Positions 7,777 to 16,496 of a DNA stretch of 64,000 bases are shown piece by piece. Numbering within the stretch: position 1 is the first letter of the stretch; each line of letters starts with the position of its first letter. The stretch lies in the IMG/VR virus record IMGVR_UViG_3300017782_000001. One strand, written 5' to 3'. The position numbers and the translations under genes are program-made. The DNA comes from a virus. Under the pieces are notes generated by a model. That model made no database searches, had not been told where the DNA came from, and saw only the letters and a list, made by a program, of their open reading frames with translations.

Positions 7777-8829
7777 TTAGTCTTTTACGTCGTACTTAAA
7801 CCAAACTTTAGCAATTCTTTTTAGATCCGCTTCTGCCTGAGGTGTTTTAAGAGACGTAATATAGCTAGTGTGAGCTTGTGCATCTACACCGTCAATCCAT
7901 GGATAGTTACCTAAACGCTCTTGCAATTTTGCTAGAGATTCAGGGTTGTTAATCATTTTATTAACAGCCTCACGAATATCATCTAAGTATGGATTATCTT
8001 TATGAGTAAACAGCGTCTTTTGCAATCCATCACGGTAACCTTGGTTAAGCAAATAAGCATCATACACTGGACCTGAAGGTGCTACACCATGTGTTGCTTC
8101 ATACACAACTTCAAAAGTACCTTGGTCAGCTGGATTATTTGGATCTCCGTACTTGCCGTTTACTGCATCAACAATACCATGTGAATACCATACTACATGA
8201 GTACCGGCATCGTATTGACGTGAGGATGCTGCTAAAGCAGAAGCCATTGTATCACGGCTACCTTGTAGTAGCTGATCATTAAATGCCTTTCTACGCATAC
8301 CACCTTTTTTGAATCCGCCGACTAAACGCATTTCAGTATTTACGCATGTAAGAAAGTCATCAACCGTAGTGGTACGTTTTGGACCACATTCTAGCATACC
8401 AACTGAAAGCCAATCTGGACCAAAGCCTGATCCACCATCAAGTGGAAAAGTCATTACACCTTTACGATTAGCTACCTTTGAAATCCACATAGAAGAATTC
8501 ATAATTACTACTGGTGTGTAGTCAGCGTAATCAAAATCTCCTACATCTTCGATAAGGAATGCTTCACCATTACCACCATGTGTAATAAGAATCGTAGATT
8601 TATCTGTGCCTGAATAGGCCTTTAAGGATTTTTTACCACGAGCACCAGAAACAAATCTTGGTACTAGTGTATGATCAGTATATTTCTGCAGCTCTTTAAC
8701 TGTGGTGTCGCCCCATAGGGTTGTACCTTGTGCGCCAGGCTGTGAGGGATACTGAACCTCGAGAGTTTCAGCAAATGCTGAAAAGGAAAATGCTGCTGCA
8801 GTGAACAGCGAGATAATTAAGGTTTTCAT
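7777..8829 (-). CDS. Divergent TctC/Bug-like periplasmic substrate-binding protein
   Basis: Signal peptide (AFA-E), YP..PG..GT and GARG motifs, adjacent to tctA. Confidence 0.65.
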   Translation of the reverse strand: MKTLIISLFTAAAFSFSAFAETLEVQYPSQPGAQGTTLWGDTTVKELQKYTDHTLVPRFVSGARGKKSLKAYSGTDKSTILITHGGNGEAFLIEDVGDFDYADYTPVVIMNSSMWISKVANRKGVMTFPLDGGSGFGPDWLSVGMLECGPKRTTTVDDFLTCVNTEMRLVGGFKKGGMRRKAFNDQLLQGSRDTMASALAASSRQYDAGTHVVWYSHGIVDAVNGKYGDPNNPADQGTFEVVYEATHGVAPSGPVYDAYLLNQGYRDGLQKTLFTHKDNPYLDDIREAVNKMINNPESLAKLQERLGNYPWIDGVDAQAHTSYITSLKTPQAEADLKRIAKVWFKYDVKD

Positions 8830-8842
8830 TCATTCTACTCCA

Positions 8843-9487
8843 TTAAGTAATTTTATTCACGGTAATGTAAACATCATCATGATTCTTAGTAAATTCTTCC
8901 GCAGCCTCAGGATCAAACCCAGGTATCTCAAGGAATGAAGTTTTAGGTTCGTATAAACTCCACTTAAACTTCATTTTCTCTGCGAACTGTTTTATATATT
9001 CATCCTCTTCTATCAATCTTTTTTTCATTGTAGTAGAGTTTTCATACATTTCATTATATGACGGATAGACATCATCATCAAAAGACATGATTGCATTCCA
9101 CCATAGAAAGCTTTGTAGTGGCTTACGTTTAAGTAATACCATATAGTCGTTTTTGAAATTATCGTAAATGAATTGCAGGTTATCGTACCTTGCAAACGCG
9201 TGAGATTTTATTACTCGAATACCTTCACCAGCAAATTCTTTAGATATTTCTTCAAGTATGTTATCTTTGCCAATTTTGGCGAGGTCAGTCCAGGACTCGC
9301 CGCAGCCTTGCCCTGGACCCCAATAACTACCTCTATGCCCGTTGAACGTATAACCTTTTTCATTGTGTTTATGAAAATGTAAACGTTCTTCAGATTCGTC
9401 TGATCTATTCACAGGAAGCGAGTGCCTCATGTGAATATCAATGCCACTCCACTTAGATCCGGGTATTCCACAAAACCAGATATCCAT
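8843..9487 (-). CDS. Sulfotransferase-like P-loop protein (G.PGS.W family)
   Basis: WFCGIPGSKWS resembles the PAPS-binding G.PRSGT loop; VIKSH and LLKR.P..S resemble sulfotransferase motifs. Confidence 0.5.
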   Translation of the reverse strand: MDIWFCGIPGSKWSGIDIHMRHSLPVNRSDESEERLHFHKHNEKGYTFNGHRGSYWGPGQGCGESWTDLAKIGKDNILEEISKEFAGEGIRVIKSHAFARYDNLQFIYDNFKNDYMVLLKRKPLQSFLWWNAIMSFDDDVYPSYNEMYENSTTMKKRLIEEDEYIKQFAEKMKFKWSLYEPKTSFLEIPGFDPEAAEEFTKNHDDVYITVNKIT

Positions 9488-9490
9488 TAT

Positions 9491-9519
9491 ATTATACCAT
9501 AATAATTAAAGGATGTAAA
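9491..9519 (-). promoter_or_regulatory. Internal sigma70-type promoter
   Basis: TTTACA-N17-TATAAT with extended -10 TG. Confidence 0.7.
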
Positions 9520-9521
9520 CC

Positions 9522-10388
9522 CTATGCAAAAGAAAAGTTATCAATCGCCATTTCGTCTGATGCGTCATGCTTCTTAAAAGCACCTCTTACTACTGGTTTC
9601 CAGTTAGCAGAAGCATCTTTTAATTCTACCCAAGCTTTACCCATCGCAGACATTTTTTCGTCTGATGCATCAAAGCCGTAGAATTCTGAGCATCTTTCCG
9701 CGCCTGATTTAACAGCAGCAGTACCTTGACAATTAATCCAGAACATACGTTCCATCATTTTTGGCAGTACAGCCATTACTGCGTCTTGCGCTTCTTGATT
9801 TTTATCGCACTCTTTCATAAGTGTTTTAGCACCAATCATTGAATGGAAATGCTCGTCCTTTGCAATCTTAGCATAGGATGTGGAAACAACTTCATCATCA
9901 ATTGATGTTGCCATTGCGTTCCATACTCTTGATGCACGACCTTCAGCAACGTACTGATAAACAGCCGCCATTACTGGATTAGTATCGCCACCAATTTCGT
10001 CAAACAAAGAAGCACCTTTTGACTTCACGTTTGCTTTATCCATTTGCCAAGCGTATTCTTGCTCTAGCTCTTCGTTAGTAAATTTTTCTCCGCGGAGATA
10101 TTCAATGACGTTACGAACCATATCATAGTGCTTAGCTTCGTCATAGACTTGCTTTGACAAAAGCTTAAGATGATTGGGATCAGTTGACGCTGGCTTTTCA
10201 ACAAGTGTCTTACCAATTTCTACAATGTTCATACGTTCATTAAACATACGTCTCTTAAAATTAAAGATTGCTTCATCCAAATCTGGATCGTTACGAAAGT
10301 AAGCCTGTGTTTGTTCTTCAGAACTCTTGAACAGAGGCTCAATGTAATCTGCAACCTTTTTTACAAATTCCTTACCGGTCAATGCCAT
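9522..10388 (-). CDS. Ferritin-like di-iron carboxylate protein
   Basis: E...DEAKH...E...DEHFH four-helix metal-ligand pattern. Confidence 0.75.
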   Translation of the reverse strand: MALTGKEFVKKVADYIEPLFKSSEEQTQAYFRNDPDLDEAIFNFKRRMFNERMNIVEIGKTLVEKPASTDPNHLKLLSKQVYDEAKHYDMVRNVIEYLRGEKFTNEELEQEYAWQMDKANVKSKGASLFDEIGGDTNPVMAAVYQYVAEGRASRVWNAMATSIDDEVVSTSYAKIAKDEHFHSMIGAKTLMKECDKNQEAQDAVMAVLPKMMERMFWINCQGTAAVKSGAERCSEFYGFDASDEKMSAMGKAWVELKDASANWKPVVRGAFKKHDASDEMAIDNFSFA

Positions 10389-10389
10389 G

Positions 10390-10944
10390 TTATGCTCCTA
10401 AAAGTGTTTTAATCTCGTCTGGTATCCAGTGATCTTTCTCTCGTTCCGGATGCCAAACAACTGCTGCAACATTATCTAAAATCCAAGATTCTACATAATT
10501 ATCTTCGTCTGTCACAAGAACCTCAGAATGCTCTGGAGGTTCAACAATCGCAGACCCGTGAAAAGAATTCACTGTTCTGCTATGTCTATATTTATACATT
10601 ATAGAATGTCTAGTGCGTCGATGACCTGTAACATCAATCATCTTTCCGTTAAACAAGTGAGTCAATAAAAATGCTCCATGACATACACCTATAACGGGTT
10701 TGTTTAGTTCCTTAAAGCAGCCTACTGCGTATATTTCTACTCTTAATCTTTCTGGATTATCATCTCCTCCAGTTAAAATAAGAGCATCATTTGCTTCAGC
10801 CAGCTTTTCAATATTTTGATTATTGTTATTTAGTAAGGCTGTAATGTCATGGTCTTTAAGCCAATCATAAAAGCCTCTCTCAATACAATCATGTAAGTAC
10901 CCACCTGAGCTTTCTAAAGTTCTAGTAGATACTAGATACTGCAA
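10390..10944 (-). CDS. Class I glutamine amidotransferase / peptidase C26 (PuuD-like)
   Basis: LILTGG, PVIGVCHG nucleophile elbow, VNSFH, WHPE. Confidence 0.9.
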   Translation of the reverse strand: MQYLVSTRTLESSGGYLHDCIERGFYDWLKDHDITALLNNNNQNIEKLAEANDALILTGGDDNPERLRVEIYAVGCFKELNKPVIGVCHGAFLLTHLFNGKMIDVTGHRRTRHSIMYKYRHSRTVNSFHGSAIVEPPEHSEVLVTDEDNYVESWILDNVAAVVWHPEREKDHWIPDEIKTLLGA

Positions 10945-11609
10945 GATTCTTTTCCTTTATACAGTACAGGAAATAGAGTGTGATCAGATGGTTTTATTAA
11001 ATACTCATGATATGTATTATTATTAGGCAAATGTTTTTCTAATTCTGGCCAATTTGCTTTAATCCACTGAGGCGCTTCAGCTACTGGATAATTCATTTTC
11101 AAATCGTTTTCTCTAATAAACTTTTCCATGCAAGCGTTTTCAATCATGATTTGCCTACGCATGTTTTGAGAGTTACTATACCAGTTATAGTTAGGATATT
11201 CAATATCCCACCCACCAGATTCAAGCCACCAGTTCAAAGATTGAATAGGCTCTCTCATCATCATTAAGATGTCTACCTCAGGTAAATTTTCTTTAATCCA
11301 ATCTAATTGATATGCAAACCAATGACACCTAACAAATCTAACTTTGTGTTCTGGTTGTGGCTTAGAATATGATCTTTCAATTTCATTCATCACCGCGTCT
11401 GGTCCCATCAAATGCATAACGTCAAACATCTCTCCATAGTTATGATATGGACCATAAAATCTATGGTAATGCTCAGTGCTATTTTCTGGATTATCTTGGT
11501 TGTGCTGTAACCAGGATGATTGATCTACTATTGGAGAATTATCTCTAATGATCCATTCAAGCCTTCCCCACCTAGATCCAGGCACACCAGTTAAAAATAC
11601 AGTTTTCAA
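10932..11609 (-). CDS. Sulfotransferase-like protein, paralogue of 8843-9487
   Basis: FLTGVPGSRW, VRCHWF, MMREP..SLNWW, YPNY. Confidence 0.5.
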   Translation of the reverse strand: MKTVFLTGVPGSRWGRLEWIIRDNSPIVDQSSWLQHNQDNPENSTEHYHRFYGPYHNYGEMFDVMHLMGPDAVMNEIERSYSKPQPEHKVRFVRCHWFAYQLDWIKENLPEVDILMMMREPIQSLNWWLESGGWDIEYPNYNWYSNSQNMRRQIMIENACMEKFIRENDLKMNYPVAEAPQWIKANWPELEKHLPNNNTYHEYLIKPSDHTLFPVLYKGKESCSI

Positions 11610-11623
11610 TTTTTACTCCTCAA

Positions 11624-11812
11624 TTATAAAGATACTGAACCTACAGGTTTACAAATGTAATCAACCGTATCCCAAGATCCATCTACTGGCACTTTTATAT
11701 ATTCTGCAAGCATAGTTTCACACTCAGCTTTAGTATCAAACCATTGTACGTCTTGATCTAAGCAAGTTGAACCAGCACAAACTGTCAGCAATATATGCCA
11801 AATTATTTGCAT
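11624..11812 (-). CDS. Small Cys-containing hypothetical protein
   Basis: 62 aa, hydrophobic N-terminus, four Cys; fits the operon spacing. Confidence 0.6.
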   Translation of the reverse strand: MQIIWHILLTVCAGSTCLDQDVQWFDTKAECETMLAEYIKVPVDGSWDTVDYICKPVGSVSL

Positions 11813-11815
11813 GTC

Positions 11816-12340
11816 TTAAATTTTCACCCACTCAACGTAATTTCTATCGTTCCGTTTGCCGTGATCATAAATCCATTTTTCTAATCTAAAATTATACTTA
11901 TGACAAAAATGAATATTTTTCATTATGTTCCAACTATAAAAAGGTATAGCTTCAGATCCTTCCCAAGGATGATCATTGCCATTAGGATTTTGACGCCAAT
12001 GCACAGTTTGTCCAGGCTTTACCATATCACCAAGCTTTTTCATGTATTTGTCAATATGATATTCTGTACCAAAATTAATACTTCCTAAGATAAAGTATCT
12101 ATCAAAGTCCTGCTTAGGTACAAAGTCTTCCCAAGATACTACTTCATCTGTATTTGTTTCAATATAGGGATCAATTCCATACAAGTTAGGGAAGTGTTCT
12201 TTAAGCCAATTATGACCACATCCAATATCTAAAATACGTTCATTTTTATCTATGGTTTTTACTAGCCATTTATATGACCATTCATATTGTCTTGTGTTGG
12301 CTTTCCAATTATTAGCCCAATAATTTTTTATTTCACTCAT
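11816..12340 (-). CDS. Class I SAM-dependent methyltransferase
   Basis: ILDIGCGHN, LYGID, GSINFG; start adjusted to MSEIK. Confidence 0.8.
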   Translation of the reverse strand: MSEIKNYWANNWKANTRQYEWSYKWLVKTIDKNERILDIGCGHNWLKEHFPNLYGIDPYIETNTDEVVSWEDFVPKQDFDRYFILGSINFGTEYHIDKYMKKLGDMVKPGQTVHWRQNPNGNDHPWEGSEAIPFYSWNIMKNIHFCHKYNFRLEKWIYDHGKRNDRNYVEWVKI

Positions 12341-12728
12341 ATGTCGATGCACCCATTTTATCTAAATTTTTATGTGTATTTTTAACAACCTTTTGATTAG
12401 GCATAATAGAAGAAAGCAAGAAAAACTTAAATATAGTTTTTGAATCTTCTTCAGGATTTCCAGTTAAAAACTGATCAATACAATAGCAGTTGTCGATATG
12501 TTTAACATCTTCTAAATGTTTAGTACCAATCACAACACAGTTTTGTATTTCGTTATCGCCAATTAATCCCCATACATAATTTCTTAAGCCTGGGTCGCTT
12601 GGATATTTTCCATCAGCAGTAACTACAATATATCCTAAATCGAATTTATATATTTCTTTTAAGATGAATTCTGCAGCCTCACCGGTTTCTACGTATAGAA
12701 CATTTTGCATATAAAAAGGATGTTTCAT
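12333..12728 (-). CDS. Hypothetical protein
   Basis: 131-aa ORF tightly packed in the operon. Confidence 0.6.
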   Translation of the reverse strand: MKHPFYMQNVLYVETGEAAEFILKEIYKFDLGYIVVTADGKYPSDPGLRNYVWGLIGDNEIQNCVVIGTKHLEDVKHIDNCYCIDQFLTGNPEEDSKTIFKFFLLSSIMPNQKVVKNTHKNLDKMGASTYE

Positions 12729-12729
12729 A

Positions 12730-13176
12730 TTACTCCAATCTCTTGCGCATATAGCAATTAGGTCCGAACTCTACACCTTCAGTAAAAAATTCGCTTACTT
12801 GAACAAATCCAAAATTCTTATATGCAAACAGTGAGTTTTTTCTTGCCATAGTCCAAAGCATATTACAATTTTCACTTAAAGCTTGCTCTTCCAATTCTTC
12901 CATTAACAAAGTAGATATACCTTTTCCCCTATGTTCTTCATCAACTCTTACACCTCTAAGTCTATATTGATATACACTAGATCTGTAGCCGGATATTACA
13001 CCTACTAATTCTTCTTTATCGTAACATCCAAAATATGATGGATTGCTCGCTAAAATCGATTCATCTACTCCACCTAGGTATACAGAAGCATTAACAGGTA
13101 AAATGTTTTTCTTTCCTGGCCAAAGTAATTTCCACTTAGGTAAAATTTCTTCAAATGTTATTTTGGATATTTTCAT
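12730..13176 (-). CDS. GNAT N-acetyltransferase
   Basis: V..EHRGKGIS acetyl-CoA motif A; YKNFGF. Confidence 0.9.
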   Translation of the reverse strand: MKISKITFEEILPKWKLLWPGKKNILPVNASVYLGGVDESILASNPSYFGCYDKEELVGVISGYRSSVYQYRLRGVRVDEEHRGKGISTLLMEELEEQALSENCNMLWTMARKNSLFAYKNFGFVQVSEFFTEGVEFGPNCYMRKRLE

Positions 13177-13177
13177 A

Positions 13178-14422
13178 TTATTTGTTAATGGACATGCCTA
13201 TGCTTTTATATTTCCAACTTATATCTGTTCCACCAATCTGTAATGCTAATTCTTTTAGGTGTTCTTTTTTAATTTTATATTTTTGAGGGTATGACAACCA
13301 TTGGTGAAAAATATCTGAATCTGCATACATATTAAACCAAGTGTTTTTATTGTCCTGCGACTCACACCAAAGTCTATATGAGCCATGTTCTTGTAAAAAC
13401 AATCTGTATATTTTGTCTTCACCTTCAAGTCTATTCCATTTTTTAGTCCAATATTCTAAAAGATAATCGTAACCTTCGCCACTATATTCTTTATCAAATC
13501 CTCTCATCATACGTTCTTTAAGAAATGACGAGTTAACAGAAACCCAAAATTTTATTATATCCTCTACATTAGGTTTATGTATATTAGTAATATATGAAAA
13601 CAAAAGCTGATCTTTAGGAGTGTGTGCACTTAGTTCGCCGCTGTAAGCTCTAGTTCCTTTTCCTCTTACGGCCTCTTGCTTTACATTAAATGTACCATCT
13701 CTCCAAAAATCATGATTGAATTGATTAGTAATATATTTTTTTCTTCCTTCAATTTCATACTTTTCAATATTCCAACCATGCTTAGTAAACTCTTCGCAAG
13801 CTTTAATATCCACCATGTTTCTTACATTTTCACTATGGACTTTTACTAAACGAGGATTCTTATTGTATTTACGTAAAACTTCTGCAACCAAATAAGAATC
13901 TTTACCTCCACTAAATGCTACAACTGGATCTGATTCTGTAATTCTATTAGCAAAATTACTAACGTATGTTTTTAATAATTGATAGTCTGGTTCAACTGTA
14001 GGAGTATTCATGGAATCATGATACATGTAAGAACCAACTTCAGTTACGTAATGATCTGGTTCGACTCTCTTAATAGACTCATACGGTGTAAAAGGACCAA
14101 CAGTATGAGTCTTAAGTAATTCTATTTGAGAGTGCCACACAGTATCAAGAGTGTTGTTTTCCCTAACCTTTCTGATTTGATCAAAGGAAGATGTGACGGA
14201 GTCTTGATTATAGTACAAGTTTGTTGTGCACAAGTGATCACACATAAAAAAGTATTTTTTATCTTTTATATAGACATAGGCAAATTGACCTTTTGGTATA
14301 AAGTCAATGCCATTTTCAATAAAACCTATAACTTCTAGGTCCGTATAGTTTGAATAACCATACGCCCAGAAATTTTTATATTCTCTGAATTGTCTTTTAG
14401 GATTAGTGTTTAGAAACTTCAT
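13178..14422 (-). CDS. Asparagine synthase-like ATP pyrophosphatase (amide ligase)
   Basis: Degenerate Ntn domain (GQFAYV...CDH...LYY...IKRVEP) followed by PP-loop AFSGGKDS. Confidence 0.65.
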   Translation of the reverse strand: MKFLNTNPKRQFREYKNFWAYGYSNYTDLEVIGFIENGIDFIPKGQFAYVYIKDKKYFFMCDHLCTTNLYYNQDSVTSSFDQIRKVRENNTLDTVWHSQIELLKTHTVGPFTPYESIKRVEPDHYVTEVGSYMYHDSMNTPTVEPDYQLLKTYVSNFANRITESDPVVAFSGGKDSYLVAEVLRKYNKNPRLVKVHSENVRNMVDIKACEEFTKHGWNIEKYEIEGRKKYITNQFNHDFWRDGTFNVKQEAVRGKGTRAYSGELSAHTPKDQLLFSYITNIHKPNVEDIIKFWVSVNSSFLKERMMRGFDKEYSGEGYDYLLEYWTKKWNRLEGEDKIYRLFLQEHGSYRLWCESQDNKNTWFNMYADSDIFHQWLSYPQKYKIKKEHLKELALQIGGTDISWKYKSIGMSINK

Positions 14423-14425
14423 CCA

Positions 14426-15514
14426 TCATGCTGCCTTTTCAAATTGTAGGGGATTCATTGGATTAACTCCAAGCATATTTCCCCATTCAGAATAATAATG
14501 TCTCATACCAACTTCATCATGTATAGTTCTATTTTCATGTCTACCATGAAGAATGTTTCTTGCCTCAGTACCTTCTCTCATTGTAGTACCTTGACCTGCA
14601 ACACCAATCAAATCTTCATGTAGGTTACGACCAAATGGTCCCCAAATAGAATTGTGATGTTTGATTCTTGTTTGTCTTTCCTCTGGAGTATCTTTACGTA
14701 GACCATAACCACGAAATTCAATCAGAACTTTATTAGGTCCAAGTGGTGTTACTGAGTCTGAACGATACGCGGAACCCCGTAAGTTGAAATTAAACCCTGG
14801 GAAGAGGTCGACCATGTACCACTGGTTGGGCGGCAGATTGGGAAAAGATAACTCCCCTCTATCCTCAAACCCGTCATACTCTTCATAGTTAACAGTAAAG
14901 CTAGACACGTTAACGTGGCCATTATCAAAAGCAATATTCTTTCTAGCGAAATATTCATCATTAAATCCACTCACTCTATTAAAGTAGTGCATGAAGTCGT
15001 GATAGAATTCACTGTTAGTATCATGCCACAATTTATAGTTAGTATCAATCACAGCTTTGTGATAGTGAAAGACTTCCATTTCTTCTGTATCAATAGCATC
15101 AGCGATACAATCAAATGCACCTGCTGTCCATTCATCTACACTTTGTGTAGGATTAGAATTCAATGTTGTCCATACCATTCCACCATGCCTGACTTCAGTG
15201 TGCAGAGGAGTATAGTCATCCATTAAGAATTGAACTCTTGTCATTGATCCAGACGGAGTACTAAACTTCCCAGGATTCAAGTATGTTTTAATATTGTCGC
15301 CGTTATTAATTGCTATAACGTTTTGTCCAGCAATCTGAGTTGTCCTAAAGTTACCTGCTTCTGGAAGCTCAGATTTGTGACACATAGGTACCCACACTTT
15401 TGAAAAGATTTCTTCTTGTTCGCGTAGATAGATGCTATGATCGTTATAACATTCGCTAGAGATGTATTCTATATTCGGGGACTCTAACCACTTCTTATGA
15501 TTTCTCGGTGCCAT
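14426..15514 (-). CDS. msmA: Methanesulfonate monooxygenase alpha-subunit-like ring-hydroxylating oxygenase lacking Rieske cluster ligands
   Basis: IFSKVWVPMCHKSELPEAGNF N-terminus; catalytic NYKLWHDTNSEFYHDFMH and NLHED recalled from MsmA; no CxH...CxxH. Confidence 0.75.
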   Translation of the reverse strand: MAPRNHKKWLESPNIEYISSECYNDHSIYLREQEEIFSKVWVPMCHKSELPEAGNFRTTQIAGQNVIAINNGDNIKTYLNPGKFSTPSGSMTRVQFLMDDYTPLHTEVRHGGMVWTTLNSNPTQSVDEWTAGAFDCIADAIDTEEMEVFHYHKAVIDTNYKLWHDTNSEFYHDFMHYFNRVSGFNDEYFARKNIAFDNGHVNVSSFTVNYEEYDGFEDRGELSFPNLPPNQWYMVDLFPGFNFNLRGSAYRSDSVTPLGPNKVLIEFRGYGLRKDTPEERQTRIKHHNSIWGPFGRNLHEDLIGVAGQGTTMREGTEARNILHGRHENRTIHDEVGMRHYYSEWGNMLGVNPMNPLQFEKAA

Positions 15515-15532
15515 ATAGCTCTCCTTAAATAA

Positions 15533-15850
15533 GTTGCCGGATTCTGTTTCGAGGCTCCGGCGGGCCCAGAGATTATGCCGCTAGGCGCATCTCAGGAGCA
15601 AAGTTATCGTTTGCATTTACGTTTTTGATTCTCCACTGCCTTCTTGTATCTGTCGATCCTATTTCGCCCCCATCATAATAAGTCTTGCATGCCGCGGTGA
15701 ATAATTGTTTATGCAAATATATTCAACGCAAAATTTTCTAAATTGCCAAAGTAGTACTTCGTCCATTATTACCTCAAGACTTATTATGGTGGAGGCGGCG
15801 GGTACTGCCCCCGCGTCCAGCCTACATCCATCCAGTTTCACTGAATCATT
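15533..15850 (-). ncRNA. ssrA: Two-piece circularly permuted tmRNA, alphaproteobacterial type; tag ANDNFAPEMRLAA
   Basis: Acceptor piece ends GCGGGGGCAGTACCCGC-CGCCTCC-ACCA at 15787. Coding piece starts GGGGGCGAAATAGGATCGAC at 15671 and forms the acceptor stem with a G3-U pair. Tag ORF at 15614-15573. Confidence 0.93.
15659..15766 (-). CDS. Putative 35-aa peptide in the tmRNA intervening segment
   Basis: GAGGT RBS, then ATG, MDEVLLWQFRKFCVEYICINNYSPRHARLIMMGAK*. Confidence 0.35.
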   Translation of the reverse strand: MDEVLLWQFRKFCVEYICINNYSPRHARLIMMGAK

Positions 15851-15852
15851 TT

Positions 15853-15912
15853 TATTTATACTAGTATTATACCATACTTTTTTTTGAATGTAAACCGCTA
15901 ATTTTATAAATA
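15853..15912. promoter_or_regulatory. Divergent promoter hub: early and late promoters for tmRNA (-), late promoter for the plus-strand operon
   Basis: Minus: TTTACA(15889-15894)-N17-TATAAT(15866-15871) and TATAAATA(15853-15860). Plus: TATAAATA at 15905-15912. Confidence 0.8.
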
Positions 15913-15926
15913 GTAATAGAAAATCA

Positions 15927-16496
15927 ATGGAGAAAAACATGCGCAACTTTCTCGCGGTTGCTTTTTTTGTAATGATTGCCGTGACCCAGGCAAGCGCGCA
16001 AACTACTTCAAATGTTAATACAGATTCAAAGTCTAATTCAACTGTAAATACAGATGCTAATTCTAAGACTATTGTTATCTCGCCACCACCTTCGGCTATT
16101 AGTCCAAGTATTGGCTCGTCATCATCTGATCTCTGTTTATCTGGAGTCTCAGGTGCTGTTCAGACTCAGATCCTTGGTGTATCTACTGGGGAAATGGTCC
16201 GCGATGAAAATTGCGAAAGATTAAAAATATCTAAAACCCTATATGATATGGGTATGAAAGTGGCTGCGGTGTCAGTCCTTTGTCAGGATCGTAGAGTATT
16301 TGATGCAATGGAAATGGCAGGCACTCCTTGTCCATTCTTAGGTGAAATTGGTGACAAAGCAACTGACGGTTGGAAAGATAACCCAGGTCGCATACCACCA
16401 GCTGAAGTAGTGGAGACAAAGGATGACGTTCAAGAACGTAATGCAAAGATTGGCGCTGGTATCGGTGGCCTTGCTTTGCTCCTACTCTTACTCTAA
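15927..16496 (+). CDS. Exported Cys-containing protein with C-terminal membrane anchor
   Basis: Signal peptide (ASA-Q), PPPSAISP..DLC, D.NCERLK, GTPCP, ends GAGIGGLALLLLL. Confidence 0.75.
   Translation: MEKNMRNFLAVAFFVMIAVTQASAQTTSNVNTDSKSNSTVNTDANSKTIVISPPPSAISPSIGSSSSDLCLSGVSGAVQTQILGVSTGEMVRDENCERLKISKTLYDMGMKVAAVSVLCQDRRVFDAMEMAGTPCPFLGEIGDKATDGWKDNPGRIPPAEVVETKDDVQERNAKIGAGIGGLALLLLLL

Noticed and set aside
9522-15514. SsrA-like C-terminal degrons (…IDNFSFA, …FEKAA, also DUF932 …YAMSA)
   Set aside because: Matches are too short to distinguish from chance without proteolysis data
15787-15830. Stand-alone tRNA gene
   Set aside because: Only a T-arm and acceptor 3' strand; explained as the acceptor piece of the permuted tmRNA
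15659-15946. 95-aa ORF from the track
   Set aside because: Runs across promoters and the tmRNA acceptor piece; only the last 35 codons have an RBS and start
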